A DNA stretch of 64,000 bases from Alphaproteobacteria bacterium (GCA_965205265.1 CBDBGH010000003.1:1056001-1120000); one strand, 5' to 3'. Positions 8,492 through 19,752 are shown, counted from the first letter of the stretch. Notes: generated by a model not told the origin, from the letters alone. Program-made: numbers and translations.

Positions 8492-9689
8492 GCCGGACGG
8501 CGCGCATGCCTGCGGCCTGCAGGGCTTCCAGCACCTGGCCGACATGGGCCTCGTCGCGCGTTTCGAGCGCGACCTCGATGTCGGTGAGCTTGATCGGCAC
8601 ATCCTCGAACCAGCGCTGGTGCTGGACATCGACGATATTGCCGCCCGCGCTTGCGATGGCAGCGGCGGCGCGGGCAAGCCCGCCGGGCCGGTCCTGTATC
8701 TCGATGCGCAGCCGGACGAGCCGTCCGCTCCGCACGAGGCCGCGCATCAGCACCGAGGCGAGTATGCGGGCGTCGATATTGCCGCCCGAGACGACGAGGC
8801 CGGTGCGCCGGTTCCTGAAACGCTCGGGATGGGAGAGCACCGCAGCGAGTGCTGCGGCTCCCGCGCCCTCCGCCACGGTCTTCTCGATTTCGGCGAGCAG
8901 TTGCACGCCGTGCTCCATGGCCGCCTCGTCCACCAGCAGGATGTCGTCGACCAGCTCGCGCACCAGCGGCAGGGTGAGCGCGCCCGGCCGCTTGACGGCG
9001 ATGCCTTCGGCGATGGTCGGGCCGCCCGGCGGCGCCGTAAGGCCCTTGAGCGCGTGGTGCATGGAGGGGTAGCCGGACGCCTCGACGCCGATCACGCGGG
9101 TTTCCGGGCTGAGGGCCCTTGCGGCGATCGCAATGCCCGCGATGAGGCCGCCGCCGCCGATGGGCACGACAAGGAAATCGAGGCCGGGCGCCGCGCGCAG
9201 CATTTCCAGCCCGACCGTGCCCTGGCCCGCAACGATGCGCGCATCGTCATAGGGATGCACGAAAGCGAGGCCCTCCGCCTCCGCGCGCTCGTGAACGAAC
9301 GCCTCGCCCTCGGCGATGGTCTCGCCTCTCAGGATCACTTCCGCACCGAGGAACTCCGCCGCCCGAACCTTGCTGAAGGGCGTCGCCTCCGGCATCACGA
9401 TGGTGGCCGGCACGCCCATCCGCGCGGCGTGGTAGGCGACGCCCTGGGCATGGTTGCCGGCCGAAAGCGCAATGACCCCCGCCCGGCGCTGAGCGTCGTC
9501 GAGCCCGGCGAGGTGGATATAGGCGCCCCGGTCCTTGAAGGAGGCGGTGTATTGCCGGTTCTCGAATTTCAGGAAGAGGTCGGCCCCGGAGATCGCGCTC
9601 AGCGTTTCCGAACGAAGGAAAGGCGTGCGCACGATGCGCCCTTCCAGCAAGCGGTCGGCCGCTTCGATGTCCGGAAAGGAAATGCTCAT
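8472..9689 (-). CDS. Threonine ammonia-lyase (catabolic type) with C-terminal ACT domain
   Basis: ASFKDRGA PLP lysine, SAGNHAQG, PIGGGGL, SGGNID, ACT domain DRPGGLAR. Confidence 0.92.
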   Translation of the reverse strand: MSISFPDIEAADRLLEGRIVRTPFLRSETLSAISGADLFLKFENRQYTASFKDRGAYIHLAGLDDAQRRAGVIALSAGNHAQGVAYHAARMGVPATIVMPEATPFSKVRAAEFLGAEVILRGETIAEGEAFVHERAEAEGLAFVHPYDDARIVAGQGTVGLEMLRAAPGLDFLVVPIGGGGLIAGIAIAARALSPETRVIGVEASGYPSMHHALKGLTAPPGGPTIAEGIAVKRPGALTLPLVRELVDDILLVDEAAMEHGVQLLAEIEKTVAEGAGAAALAAVLSHPERFRNRRTGLVVSGGNIDARILASVLMRGLVRSGRLVRLRIEIQDRPGGLARAAAAIASAGGNIVDVQHQRWFEDVPIKLTDIEVALETRDEAHVGQVLEALQAAGMRAVRLSSRSI

Positions 9690-11860
9690 TCGGGCTGCAA
9701 AAGCAAACTATGGACCGGCGCCCGGGCCGGATCGAGGGTGATATAGGCGCCGTCCCGCCAGAGTTCCACAAGATCGTCGTAATGCGGCGAGAAGGGATTG
9801 CCCGACTGTCCGACGGCCTGGATGAACCGCGACCTGTCGAGGTCTTCCAGGTCGTATATGGCCCGGTATCCGGCGCCGTGGCCGTGGCGGAACGGGTCGC
9901 CTTCGTCGCGGAAGCGCGAGCCGCCCCGGTTCACCGTGGTTGGCCCTCCGCTTGTCGCGGTCTCGCGGTTCAGGAGGCTGCCCAGCAGCGGGATACGCCC
10001 TGCGACCGGGTGCGAAAAACGCGCCCGATGCGCCTCGCCCCAGGGCGGGGTCTCGCTGCCATAGCGGTTCTGGAGGAAGGCGACGGCGCGGCGGTGCGCC
10101 AGCGCGAGCCTGTCCTTGCAGGTCTCCTTCGGTTTCGTGCGGATGTCGTCGCACCAGGCGGGGCGGTCCAGCAACGCCCGGCGGAGCACCAGCGGCCGGT
10201 AGGCCCACCAGTCGTCGAACAGCGGCCCCAGCTCGTCGGCGAACACGGCGCGCATCGCCTCGCGCATCCAGGCCATGTAGATCAGCGGCTCCGGGCGATG
10301 GCGGTCCATGTCGCCGTCCCACGCCCGGAGGCGCATATCGGGAACCGCCGCCAGCAGGTGAGGCAGCAATTCGCGCGCCGAGAGCGACACCGTGTCGTTC
10401 TGTACCGTCGCATGGTCCGCTTGCGCATTGAGCAATTCGTGAATCCTGATTGCGCGGTAGGGCGCCTCCCATTCGCGGCCGAGATAGTAGCGGTAGGTTT
10501 CGTCCACGAGGCGGTTGTTGGCGTTGACGATGCGCCCGGAAAGGGGCGCGGCCCGATGCGGCAGTCGGTCGAAGGGAATGAGGCGGGACCATGTCGTCTT
10601 CTCGGATACATCGAAGCCGCCGCGCCGGTCCGGCACCCGCCCCGGCGTGACGATGCCGATGCGGCCGGTTCTGTCCGCATAAACGATGTTCTGCTGCGGG
10701 GAGTGGAAATTGCGAAGCGCCGCGATGAACTCGGGCCAATTCTGCGCCCGGTTTACACCCCCGAGCGCCTCGGCGGTGCGGTCGTCGTCGCGGAAGGCCG
10801 GGCTCTCGACCGCCCAGCCCTCGGGCAGCGCATCGGAGAAATCGGAGACGACGACGCCCTTTCGGGTCCGGCGCAGTTCAAGCTCGACGCTTTCCTCCCA
10901 GCGCACCGCTATCGTCTCGCGGCGGATCGCGGTGACCTCCGGTTGCGTGACGACATCCGCAGTATCGGTGTGGGGCGTGGTCAGGCCCCAGGCGATGCTG
11001 CCGTTGTGGCCGAGCACCATGAAGGGGACCCCCGGCGCCGTAGCGCCCGCCAGCGCGCCTTCCGGCGTCTCGATGCGCGCCAGGTACCAGATGTTCGGGA
11101 TCGTCAGGCCGAGATGCGGGTCGTTGGCGAGCACGGTCGGCTCGCTGACGGCCCAGACATTCGAGGCCCCGCTGCTGCCGAGGCCAGGCAGGGTCACGGG
11201 GTCGTCCACCGCGGCGAGCGGCCACAGGTCCTCTATCCGCTCCGGCGTCAGCCGCTCCGCCATGCGCGCGCGCAGCGCCTCGGCCCGCCAATTGCCGATC
11301 AGCCTGAAGGCCATGACCCGCCCCCAGAGCATCGAATCCGCGACGCTCCAGGGCTCCGGGTCGTAGAACAGGATTGCGAGTTCCCAGGGGAGCGCTCCGC
11401 TGTGCGCGCCCAGCCAGGCGTTCACGCCGGCGGCGTAGGCTTCTGCGACCCGCCGCAGGTCGGGCGGGAGCGCGGCCGCCTGGCTTTCCGCCTGCTGCCG
11501 AAAGCCGAGGCCGCGCGCATAGCGGTCGAAGTCGAGCGCCATGCTTCCGACGAGTTCGCTCATGCGCCCGGACGCGCCGCGCCGCATGAGTTCCATCTGC
11601 CCGAACCGGTCCTGCGCATGGGCATAACCCAAGCCGAAGGCGGCGTCGGCCGGATTGGCGGCCCGGATCGTCGGCACGCCGTAGCGGTCGCGCAGGATCC
11701 GGACCGGCCCTTCGAGGCCCGGCAGGCGCAATTCGCCGTCGAGTTCGGGCAAGGAGGTGCGCAGCCAGAGCAGCCCGGCTGCGACGGTCGCAATTACGGC
11801 AACCGGCAGGGCGATGGCAAGGCGCAGCGTCCAGCGCCGCAACCGCCGCCGGATGTTCAC
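9686..11860 (-). CDS. Penicillin acylase family Ntn-hydrolase (acyl-HSL acylase-like)
   Basis: RDRYGVPTI, GYAHAQDR, GASNVW (Ser nucleophile), LANDPHL, GQSGNPFSPHYDD; N-terminal TM anchor; GTG start. Confidence 0.9.
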   Translation of the reverse strand: MNIRRRLRRWTLRLAIALPVAVIATVAAGLLWLRTSLPELDGELRLPGLEGPVRILRDRYGVPTIRAANPADAAFGLGYAHAQDRFGQMELMRRGASGRMSELVGSMALDFDRYARGLGFRQQAESQAAALPPDLRRVAEAYAAGVNAWLGAHSGALPWELAILFYDPEPWSVADSMLWGRVMAFRLIGNWRAEALRARMAERLTPERIEDLWPLAAVDDPVTLPGLGSSGASNVWAVSEPTVLANDPHLGLTIPNIWYLARIETPEGALAGATAPGVPFMVLGHNGSIAWGLTTPHTDTADVVTQPEVTAIRRETIAVRWEESVELELRRTRKGVVVSDFSDALPEGWAVESPAFRDDDRTAEALGGVNRAQNWPEFIAALRNFHSPQQNIVYADRTGRIGIVTPGRVPDRRGGFDVSEKTTWSRLIPFDRLPHRAAPLSGRIVNANNRLVDETYRYYLGREWEAPYRAIRIHELLNAQADHATVQNDTVSLSARELLPHLLAAVPDMRLRAWDGDMDRHRPEPLIYMAWMREAMRAVFADELGPLFDDWWAYRPLVLRRALLDRPAWCDDIRTKPKETCKDRLALAHRRAVAFLQNRYGSETPPWGEAHRARFSHPVAGRIPLLGSLLNRETATSGGPTTVNRGGSRFRDEGDPFRHGHGAGYRAIYDLEDLDRSRFIQAVGQSGNPFSPHYDDLVELWRDGAYITLDPARAPVHSLLLQPE

Positions 11861-11870
11861 GGCAGCCGGC

Positions 11871-13052
11871 TCATGCGGACGCCGCGGCAGTGCGCGCGGC
11901 CAGTTCCTCGAGGATTCGCTCCCGGTCCTGATCGACGTCCGGGGCCGTGGCGCGGGACGCCGGGTCGTCATAGCCGGAGAGCTTGATCGGGTTGCCGGCA
12001 ACCTTGAGCCGGCCGGCGGTCGGGTCGTCCACCTCGACCACCATATTGCGCGGCTCCACCTGCGGATGCGCCATCACGGTGGCGATGTCGTTGATACCGC
12101 TTGCCGGGATTCCCGCCGGGTCCAGCAGGGCGAGCCAGTCGGCCGTGCTGCGGGCAGCGAGAATGGTCTCGATCTCGGCTTCGAGGCCTGTCTGGTTCTG
12201 ATTGCGCAGATTGTTGGAGGCGTAGCGCGGATCGTCCTTCAGGTCGGCCCGGTCGAGTATGTCGCAGAACCGCCGGAACATGACATCGTTGCCCGCCGCG
12301 ACCACCATCCAGCCGTCCAGGGTCCGGAAGGTCTGGAAGGGCGTGATCGAGGGATGCCGCCCGCCGAGCGGCCCCGGCGATACGCCGGTTGCGCCGAAGC
12401 GGGCGACTGCGTTTTCGCAAAGCGCGATCTGGCAGTCGAGCATGGAAACGTCGAGCTTGCGGCCCCGGCCGGTGCGGCCCCGGTCGTAAAGCGCCGTCAC
12501 AATGCCGATCGCGGTGAACAGCCCGGCGCCGATATCGCCGATGGACATGCCGACACGGGTCGGCTCCTGGCCCGGCTGGCCCGTGATCGACATGATGCCG
12601 CCCATCGCCTGCACGACCATGTCATAGGCCGGACGCTTGGAGTGCGGGCCGGAATGGCCGAAGCCGGAGCAGGCGGCGTAGATCAGGGCCGGGTAGCGGT
12701 CCTTCAGGTCCTCCCAGCCATAGCCGAGCTTCTCCATTGTGCCGGGGCGGAAATTCTCCGCCACCACATCGGCACCGGCAAGCAGCGCCTCGAAAACCGC
12801 GCGGTCGCCGTCGTCCTTGAGGTCGAGCGCGATGCTCTCCTTGCCCCGGTTGACGGAGATGAAATAGGCGGACTTGCCGTTGACGAAGGGACCGTATTCG
12901 CGGGCATCGTCGCCGCGGCCGGGCGTTTCCACCTTGATGACGCGGGCGCCGAGCTCGGCGAGGATCATGGTGCTGTAAGGCCCTGCCAGCACGCGCGTGA
13001 GGTCGATGACGGTGACGCCGCTGAGCGGCCTCTGGGTCCGTTGGTTCGGCAT
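11871..13052 (-). CDS. Class III CoA-transferase (CaiB/BaiF)
   Basis: DLTRVLAGPY, NRGKESIALDLK, ENFRPG, catalytic D in SIGDIGAG. Confidence 0.93.
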   Translation of the reverse strand: MPNQRTQRPLSGVTVIDLTRVLAGPYSTMILAELGARVIKVETPGRGDDAREYGPFVNGKSAYFISVNRGKESIALDLKDDGDRAVFEALLAGADVVAENFRPGTMEKLGYGWEDLKDRYPALIYAACSGFGHSGPHSKRPAYDMVVQAMGGIMSITGQPGQEPTRVGMSIGDIGAGLFTAIGIVTALYDRGRTGRGRKLDVSMLDCQIALCENAVARFGATGVSPGPLGGRHPSITPFQTFRTLDGWMVVAAGNDVMFRRFCDILDRADLKDDPRYASNNLRNQNQTGLEAEIETILAARSTADWLALLDPAGIPASGINDIATVMAHPQVEPRNMVVEVDDPTAGRLKVAGNPIKLSGYDDPASRATAPDVDQDRERILEELAARTAAASA

Positions 13053-13160
13053 GGACGATGCGGTCCCCGGTTGCGGATGCGGAGGCCCAGCATAACCCCG
13101 ACCGTCCTGCCGTCACAGGGGCGGGAGCATGCCGGTCAAGCCAAATCTGTCTTCAGGTCT

Positions 13161-14399
13161 TTAGTCCGTATAGATGCCATCCGCCGGGAAGAACGGACGG
13201 ACCAGGCCGTTTCCAACCAGCTCGGCAAATCGGCGATAGTTTCCGAGTTCCTGTCGAACCCTTCCGGCCGCAATGGCGGGATGGACCTCTGCTTCCCGCG
13301 CCAGAGCGACAATCTTCAAAGCCGTAGCCTGGGCTGCATCGAATGTTTGCCACAACTCCGGCGGAAGTAAGGCGTTTCCTGCCATAGCGTCGGCTTCCCG
13401 TTCGCGCTGCGCCTCGTCATTGTCGTTTCCGGGTTGTCTCAACGTCATGTCGTCCACGTAAATGGGAAAGCCTTCGCCGTCGGCATCGCCGAGATGGAGA
13501 AACACGTGGGCCAACTCGTGCAGCAGGCAGAACCAGAAATTGTCGAGGCGGTCATGGCGCAGTGAGAGGGCCACCATGGGCGCGCCGTCCGGGCTGCGCA
13601 TTGCGGCCCCGTCCAGATAGGTCCTGTTGAGGTGGCGGAGTACAAGGAAGCGGATACCGGCTTCGCGCATTCCGGCGACTGCTTTCCGCGGGCCGTCCGG
13701 CTCCGCGCTCAATCCGGCGAGTTCGCGGAGGAAAGCGGGACCGTCGATCTTCCGGGCGTCGAAGCCGGTATCGAGCGGCCGATCCTCGCTAGCCATTCTC
13801 ATGGCCTGTGCGCACCAGGCTGTAAGCGCGTGGGGCTCCGCCATCGCGTTTTCGCGCGCGCCACGGCGGAATGATGCTGTAGCGCCATCCGAACCGAATG
13901 CATCGGTCAGGAAAGAACGGATTAGCTCTTCGCCCTTGTCCGAAACGGACTTTACCGCCGGCAGCCAGCCGCGCCGGATCATTTCCCGAACCGGGAAGCG
14001 CCTCCAGTCGCAGGCGGAATCCTCCGGTAAAGATGCGCCCGGTCGCCCCAGAAGAATGTCGGCCGGAATGCCGAGATGGACATGCAGGGCTCGGATCATG
14101 CCCAAAGTCAGGTCGCGCCGGTTGTTCAAAACCTCATAGACGCGGTTGCGGCCGCCAAAGTAGGGAGCCACGTCGGCGGCCGTCAGTTTGGCCTGGTCCA
14201 TTCGGAAGCGGATGGCGTCGATCGGGTCGGGAGGCCCGATCGGAGTTGTGCGACGTTCGTAAGCCTCGATCGCCAGGGCCAGCATCTCCAGTTCATCCTG
14301 CTGGTCGGGACTGCGGTTTTGCAGGACCATGAGGTCGTTGAGTCGCTCCAGGGCCGGCTCGTAATCGGCTTCCGTCCTGACGGGACGGACAATATCCAT
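13161..14399 (-). CDS. higA: HigA-type HTH antitoxin fused to an ImmA/IrrE (peptidase M78) domain
   Basis: PPDPIDAIRFRMDQ...RVYEVLNNRRDLTLGMIRALH HTH; RLDNFWFCLLHELAH (HExxH) and EREAD. Confidence 0.9.
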   Translation of the reverse strand: MDIVRPVRTEADYEPALERLNDLMVLQNRSPDQQDELEMLALAIEAYERRTTPIGPPDPIDAIRFRMDQAKLTAADVAPYFGGRNRVYEVLNNRRDLTLGMIRALHVHLGIPADILLGRPGASLPEDSACDWRRFPVREMIRRGWLPAVKSVSDKGEELIRSFLTDAFGSDGATASFRRGARENAMAEPHALTAWCAQAMRMASEDRPLDTGFDARKIDGPAFLRELAGLSAEPDGPRKAVAGMREAGIRFLVLRHLNRTYLDGAAMRSPDGAPMVALSLRHDRLDNFWFCLLHELAHVFLHLGDADGEGFPIYVDDMTLRQPGNDNDEAQREREADAMAGNALLPPELWQTFDAAQATALKIVALAREAEVHPAIAAGRVRQELGNYRRFAELVGNGLVRPFFPADGIYTD

Positions 14400-14420
14400 G
14401 GCTTTATGCTCCTTCAGTTC

Positions 14421-14717
14421 TCAGACGGTGTTGGCATCGATATGGTCATATTCGGCATGGGTGCCGATCCATCGAACCCGGACGATCTCTCCAACGAATT
14501 CGACCACGGCGATCAACCTGTACCGATTTCCCTTTATCCGAAAGACGATCCGTTGGCCTCCGGGCAAGACGGACGCTCTCGGGTAACGCGATGTTATGTC
14601 CAACGGATTCTTCCAGGACGCGCCCTCGACCTCCGCCGTCCATGCCCGCAACGGTCCGTTCAGATCGGGATGTTTCCGGATAGCCGTATCGATAAGGCGT
14701 CTGCCCACGATCCTCAT
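14421..14717 (-). CDS. higB: HigB family toxin
   Basis: RIVFRIKGNRYRLI and WIGTHAEYD motifs; toxin upstream of antitoxin. Confidence 0.93.
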   Translation of the reverse strand: MRIVGRRLIDTAIRKHPDLNGPLRAWTAEVEGASWKNPLDITSRYPRASVLPGGQRIVFRIKGNRYRLIAVVEFVGEIVRVRWIGTHAEYDHIDANTV

Positions 14718-14760
14718 ACGTAAATTCCTTTTGAACCATGTGGTGCATATTTACTTCCTC

Positions 14761-14830
14761 CCCAATAGAGGGATATATATTATTAGTATAATATCGAGTG
14801 TCAATATATATGTCCTAATTTAGGATATAT
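14761..14830 (-). promoter_or_regulatory. sigma70-like promoter and putative HigA operators for higBA
   Basis: AT-rich island; minus strand TTGACA (14804-14799), 16-bp spacer, TAATAT (14782-14777); palindrome ATATgTCCTAAtTTAGGAtATAT (14808-14830); related site CCCAATAGAGGGATATAT at 14761. Confidence 0.6.
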
Positions 14831-14927
14831 CGTGAAGCGCCCCGTGTCCCGTTCGCCGCCCGCCTTGAAGCCCGCAGGCGGACGGGGTATCGGTGCGGCT
14901 GGAATTTCCCCGGGGGGAGCGGCGCCG

Positions 14928-15215
14928 ATGGCGTTGGACCGCGCGACCGTCGAGCGCATTGCCGCGCTCGCCCGCATCGAGATCGCCGAAGAGGAGGCGG
15001 ACGTGCTCGCCGCCGAACTCGGCGCAATCCTGGGCTGGGTCGAAACCCTGAACGAGGTCGATACCGACGATGTGGCGCCGATGACCTCGGTTGGCGGCCA
15101 CAGCCTGCCCTGGCGCGCCGACGAGGTGGATGACGGCGGCTACCCGGACCGCATCCTCGCCAATGCGCCCGATGCCGCCGGCGCGTTCTTCGCCGTGCCC
15201 AAGGTGGTGGAATGA
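14928..15215 (+). CDS. gatC: Asp/Glu-tRNA amidotransferase subunit C
   Basis: [17 protein letters not shown]...FFAVPKVVE. Confidence 0.95.
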   Translation: MALDRATVERIAALARIEIAEEEADVLAAELGAILGWVETLNEVDTDDVAPMTSVGGHSLPWRADEVDDGGYPDRILANAPDAAGAFFAVPKVVE

Positions 15216-16681
15216 TGCGCCGCCTCGGCCTTGCGGACATCCGCGCGGGCCTCGCAAGCGGGGCGTTCTCCGCGGTCGAGCTCGTGCAGGACCGGCTGAC
15301 GGCGCTGGAGGCCGCGGCGGCGCTGAATGCCGTCGTAACCCCCATGCCAGAGCGGGCGCTGGAAGCGGCGCGGGCGGCGGACCGGCGGCGCGCGGCGGGA
15401 GAGCCTGCCTTGCCGCTCGACGGCATGCCGGTTGCGGTCAAGGACCTGTTCTGCACCGAGGGCGTCCGGACCACGGCGTCCTCGGCCATGCTGGAGGGCT
15501 TCGTTCCGCCCTATGAGTCGACGGTGACGGCCAATCTCATCGCAGCCGGCGCGGCGCTCGCCGCCAAGACCAATCTCGACGAGTTCGCGATGGGCTCTTC
15601 CACCGCGACTTCGCATTTCGGCGCGGCGGTCAATCCCTGGAAGGCGAAGGGCGATCCGCGCCCGCGCGCGCCGGGCGGCTCCTCGGGCGGGTCGGCCGCG
15701 CTGGTCGCGGCATCCGTCCTGCCGGCCGGGCTCGGCACCGATACGGGCGGCTCGATCCGCCAGCCGGCGGCGTTTTGCGGCATTGTCGGCCTCAAGCCCA
15801 CCTACGGGCGCTGCTCGCGCTGGGGCATCGTTGCCTTCGCCTCCTCGCTGGACCAGGCGGGGCCGATGACCCGGAGCGTGCGCGACGCGGCCATCCTGCT
15901 TGCCGCCATGGCGGGACACGATCCGAAGGACTCGACCAGCGCGCGTATGCCCGTGCCGGATTTCGAGGCCGCGCTCGGCGGCGGCGTGCGCGGGCTGCGC
16001 ATCGGCGTACCGCGCGAATACCGGGTGGACGGCATGCCGGAGGAGCTGGATGCGCTCTGGCGGGAGGGCGCGCGCTGGCTGGAGGAGGCCGGCGCGGAGA
16101 TCGTCGAAATCTCCCTGCCGCACACGCATTATGCGCTGCCGGCGTATTACATCGTGGCGCCTGCCGAGGCGTCGTCCAACCTCGCCCGCTATGACGGCGT
16201 GCGTTACGGCCTCCGCTCCCCCGCCGAAGTCGTCGAGGAGCAATATGCGCGTACCCGCCGCGCCGGTTTCGGGGCCGAGGTCCGCCGGCGGGTGCTGATC
16301 GGCACCTATGTGCTCTCGGCCGGCTATTACGACGCCTATTATGCCAAGGCGCAGCGCGTGCGCCGGCTGATCGCACGCGATTTCGAGCAGGCGTTCGGGA
16401 AGGTCGATGCCGTGCTGGCGCCGACCGCGCCGACCGCAGCCTTCCCGCTCGGGGAGAAGATGGACGACCCGATTGCGATGTATCTGAACGACGTGTTCAC
16501 CGTGCCGGCGAGCCTGGCGGGCCTGCCGGGGGTCTCGGTGCCTGCGGGACTCGACAGCGCGGGCCTGCCGCTCGGCCTGCAACTCATCGGCCGGCCGTTC
16601 GACGAAGCGACCGTGCTGCGCGCCGCCGAGGCGCTGGAGGCCGCCGCCGGTTTCGACGCCGAGCCGGAGTTCGTGCGGTGA
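15212..16681 (+). CDS. gatA: Asp/Glu-tRNA amidotransferase subunit A
   Basis: [41 protein letters not shown]. Confidence 0.97.
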   Translation: MMRRLGLADIRAGLASGAFSAVELVQDRLTALEAAAALNAVVTPMPERALEAARAADRRRAAGEPALPLDGMPVAVKDLFCTEGVRTTASSAMLEGFVPPYESTVTANLIAAGAALAAKTNLDEFAMGSSTATSHFGAAVNPWKAKGDPRPRAPGGSSGGSAALVAASVLPAGLGTDTGGSIRQPAAFCGIVGLKPTYGRCSRWGIVAFASSLDQAGPMTRSVRDAAILLAAMAGHDPKDSTSARMPVPDFEAALGGGVRGLRIGVPREYRVDGMPEELDALWREGARWLEEAGAEIVEISLPHTHYALPAYYIVAPAEASSNLARYDGVRYGLRSPAEVVEEQYARTRRAGFGAEVRRRVLIGTYVLSAGYYDAYYAKAQRVRRLIARDFEQAFGKVDAVLAPTAPTAAFPLGEKMDDPIAMYLNDVFTVPASLAGLPGVSVPAGLDSAGLPLGLQLIGRPFDEATVLRAAEALEAAAGFDAEPEFVR

Positions 16682-18117
16682 GCGCGCTTATCGAAGGCCG
16701 GGACGGGGTCTGGGAATACGCCATCGGCCTTGAGGTCCATGCGCAGGTGGCCTCCTCCGCCAAGCTGTTTTCAGGCGCGCCGACCGCCTTCGGCGCGGAG
16801 CCCAACACCCAGGTCAGCCTCGTCGATGCCGCCATGCCGGGCATGCTGCCGGTCATCAACAGCGCCTGCATCGAGCAGGCGGTGCGAACGGGCCTCGGCT
16901 TCGGCGGCAATATCGCCCGCTATTCGGTGTTCGACCGCAAGAATTACTTTTATCCGGACCTGCCGCAGGGCTACCAGATTTCGCAATACACGCAGCCCAT
17001 CGTGTCCGGCGGGTCGGTGGAGATTCCCGGTCGAACGGTGCGGATCACCCGCCTGCACCTGGAGCAGGACGCCGGCAAGAGCGTGCACGACCGGGACCCG
17101 GACCGGACCCTGATCGACCTGAATCGCGCCGGCGTGGCGCTCATGGAGATCGTGAGCGAGCCGGACCTGCGAAGCCCGGAAGAGGCCGCCGAGTTCCTGA
17201 CGCGCCTGCGCGCGCTGCTGCGTTGGCTCGGCACCTGCGACGGCAACATGCAGGAGGGGTCGCTGCGCTGCGACGCCAATGTGTCGGTGCGCCGGCCCGG
17301 CGCGAAACTCGGCACCCGCACGGAGATCAAGAACCTCAACTCGATCCGCTTCCTGCGCGAGGCCATCGAATATGAGGGGCGGCGGCAGGTGGAGGTGATC
17401 GAGGGCGGCGGGGAAATCGAGCAGGAGACGCGGCTCTTCGATCCCGACCGCGGCGAAACCCGCGCTATGCGCACCAAGGAAGACGCGCATGACTACCGCT
17501 ATTTCCCGGACCCGGACCTTCTGCCGCTCGAACTCGACGAGGACTTCATCGAGGAAATCCGCGCCGCCATGCCGGAACTGCCGGAAGCGCGGCGCAACCG
17601 CTTCACCGGGGAACTCGGCCTCTCCGACTACGACGCCGAGCTACTGACGGCGGAACGCGCCCGTGCGGACTATTTCGAAGCCGCCGCGGCAGGCCGGGAC
17701 GCCAAGCAGGCGGCCAACTGGGTTGCAGGCGAGCTTCTCGGCCGGCTGAACAGGGAAGGGCTGGAGATCGAGGCGGCGCCCATCCCGGCGGCCCGGCTCG
17801 GTGAGCTCATCGACCTTGTCGGCGACGGCACGCTCTCCGGGCGCATGGGCCGGGAGGTGTTCGAGGCCATGTGGGAGACCGGCAAGCCGGCCGCCGCCAT
17901 CGTCGAGGAGCGGGGCCTGAAACAGATTTCGGACACGGGCGCGCTTGAGGGCCTTGTGGACGAATTGCTGGCCCGCGAGGCGGACAAGGCGGCCGAATAC
18001 CGCGCCGGCAGGACGAAGCTGCTCGGCTTCTTCGTCGGGCAGGTGATGAAGGCGACCGGCGGCAAAGCCAATCCGAAGGTGGTGAACGAACTTCTGCGCG
18101 CAAGACTGGAGGACTGA
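16678..18117 (+). CDS. gatB: Asp/Glu-tRNA amidotransferase subunit B
   Basis: [37 protein letters not shown]. Confidence 0.97.
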   Translation: MSALIEGRDGVWEYAIGLEVHAQVASSAKLFSGAPTAFGAEPNTQVSLVDAAMPGMLPVINSACIEQAVRTGLGFGGNIARYSVFDRKNYFYPDLPQGYQISQYTQPIVSGGSVEIPGRTVRITRLHLEQDAGKSVHDRDPDRTLIDLNRAGVALMEIVSEPDLRSPEEAAEFLTRLRALLRWLGTCDGNMQEGSLRCDANVSVRRPGAKLGTRTEIKNLNSIRFLREAIEYEGRRQVEVIEGGGEIEQETRLFDPDRGETRAMRTKEDAHDYRYFPDPDLLPLELDEDFIEEIRAAMPELPEARRNRFTGELGLSDYDAELLTAERARADYFEAAAAGRDAKQAANWVAGELLGRLNREGLEIEAAPIPAARLGELIDLVGDGTLSGRMGREVFEAMWETGKPAAAIVEERGLKQISDTGALEGLVDELLAREADKAAEYRAGRTKLLGFFVGQVMKATGGKANPKVVNELLRARLED

Positions 18118-18122
18118 AGGGA

Positions 18123-18893
18123 ATGGCGAAGGACAAGGCGGTTCTGATTACCGGGGCCGGCAGCGGCATCGGCGAGGCCTGCGCGCATGCGTTCGCGGCC
18201 GCCGGCGCGCGGCTTGCGCTTGCCGATATCGACAAGGCGGCGGCCGAGCGGGTGGCGGCGGCCTGCGGCGGCGTGGGAGCCGTGATCGAGGCCGATTGCG
18301 GCGATGTGGCGTCCATCGAGGCGATGGTGGAAGCGGCGGCGAACGCGCTGGGCGGCCTCGACGCTTCGGTCAACAATGCCGGCGTCACCCGCCATGCGGA
18401 CATCATGGAGCTCACCGAGCGGGACTGGGACCGCATCCACCGGGTCAACTCGAAGGGCGTGTTCTTCTGCCTGCAGAGCGTGGCGCGGCGGATGATCGAG
18501 CAGGGCCGGGGCGGGCGGATCGTCAATATCGCGTCCATCGCCGGGCGCGGCTTCAAGGGCACCTCCAACGCCGCCTACGCCGCCAGCAAGGGCGCCGTCA
18601 TCTCGCTCACCAAGACCGCCGCCCAGCAATTGGGGCAATACGACATCAATGTGAATGCGGTCTGTCCGGGCGTCACGTTCACCGCGCTGGTGGAGCAGCT
18701 CGTCCGCGACCGTTCCGCCGCGCGCGGCATTTCGGCCGAGGAAATGCGCCGCAGCATGGAGGCGCCGATTCCCATCGGGCGGGGCAACGATCCCGCCGAT
18801 ATCGCGGAGCTCTGCGTCTTCCTGACCGGGCCGGGCTCACGCAATGTCACCGGGCAGGCCTGGAACGTGGATGGCGGGCTGGTGCCGAGCTGA
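18123..18893 (+). CDS. Short-chain dehydrogenase/reductase
   Basis: TGAGSGIG, NNAG, YAASK. Confidence 0.92.
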   Translation: MAKDKAVLITGAGSGIGEACAHAFAAAGARLALADIDKAAAERVAAACGGVGAVIEADCGDVASIEAMVEAAANALGGLDASVNNAGVTRHADIMELTERDWDRIHRVNSKGVFFCLQSVARRMIEQGRGGRIVNIASIAGRGFKGTSNAAYAASKGAVISLTKTAAQQLGQYDINVNAVCPGVTFTALVEQLVRDRSAARGISAEEMRRSMEAPIPIGRGNDPADIAELCVFLTGPGSRNVTGQAWNVDGGLVPS

Positions 18894-18900
18894 CCCGGAG

Positions 18901-19752
18901 TCAGCTTCCCGTTTCGAGGACCCGGAGAGGCGCGCCGCCGGCTTCCAGTTCGGCGCCGTCCCCGGTGCGGTCGAGGCGCAGCAGCGCGAGGCCGAGGCCG
19001 TTCAGGCTGGAGCGCATTTCCCCGACAGGGCGTCCGGCGACCGTAATTCGCGTACCCGGCTCGACCGGGCCGTCGAGCGCCACCGGCACGAGCTGCTTCC
19101 GCACGGCGCCGCGATAGTGAGTGCGCGCCGTCACTTCCTGGCCGACATAGCAGCCCTTCTCCCAGTCCACGCCGTTAAGCCGCTCGAAGCCGCTTTCCAG
19201 CAGGAAGGCCTGGCCGACCGGCATGTCGCGTGAGCCGTCCGGCGCGCCCAGCCGGTATCGCAGCGCCTCGTAATCGGCGAAGTCCCCTTCCGGCAGGCCG
19301 GTCGGTGCGTCCGCCGGGCGCAGCAGGCGCACCCCGAACCGACCGTCGCGCGGATCGACATAGGCGACGGCGGCCCCGGACCTTGCGGCCTCGCCCGGCG
19401 CGGCCCCGGCGAGGCCGAAATGCGCCGCTCCCTCCGGTGCGGCCTCCACCGCCCACTCGGCGCTTGCATCCTCTATGGCGATCTTCGCCCGGAGCCGGTA
19501 GCGCCTGAGCCGCTTCGAGAGATCGTCCAGCCGGTCGGCCTCGCCGTCGAGATAGACCGTGCCCCCGCATTCCACGGCGAAGACATCGTGCAGGAACTTG
19601 CCCTGCGGCGTCAGCAACGCGGCATAGATGGCGCGCCCGGCGCGGACCCGTTCCAGGTCGTTCGAGAGCAGGCCCTGCAGAAAGCCGTGGACGTCCTCGC
19701 CCGAAAGCGCCAGAACGCCCCGGTGGGGCAGGGGAATGCAGGCGGGAGTCAT
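18901..19752 (-). CDS. ygfZ: Folate-binding Fe-S repair protein YgfZ
   Basis: FLQGLLSND, LLTPQGKFL, KGCYVGQE motif. Confidence 0.93.
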   Translation of the reverse strand: MTPACIPLPHRGVLALSGEDVHGFLQGLLSNDLERVRAGRAIYAALLTPQGKFLHDVFAVECGGTVYLDGEADRLDDLSKRLRRYRLRAKIAIEDASAEWAVEAAPEGAAHFGLAGAAPGEAARSGAAVAYVDPRDGRFGVRLLRPADAPTGLPEGDFADYEALRYRLGAPDGSRDMPVGQAFLLESGFERLNGVDWEKGCYVGQEVTARTHYRGAVRKQLVPVALDGPVEPGTRITVAGRPVGEMRSSLNGLGLALLRLDRTGDGAELEAGGAPLRVLETGS

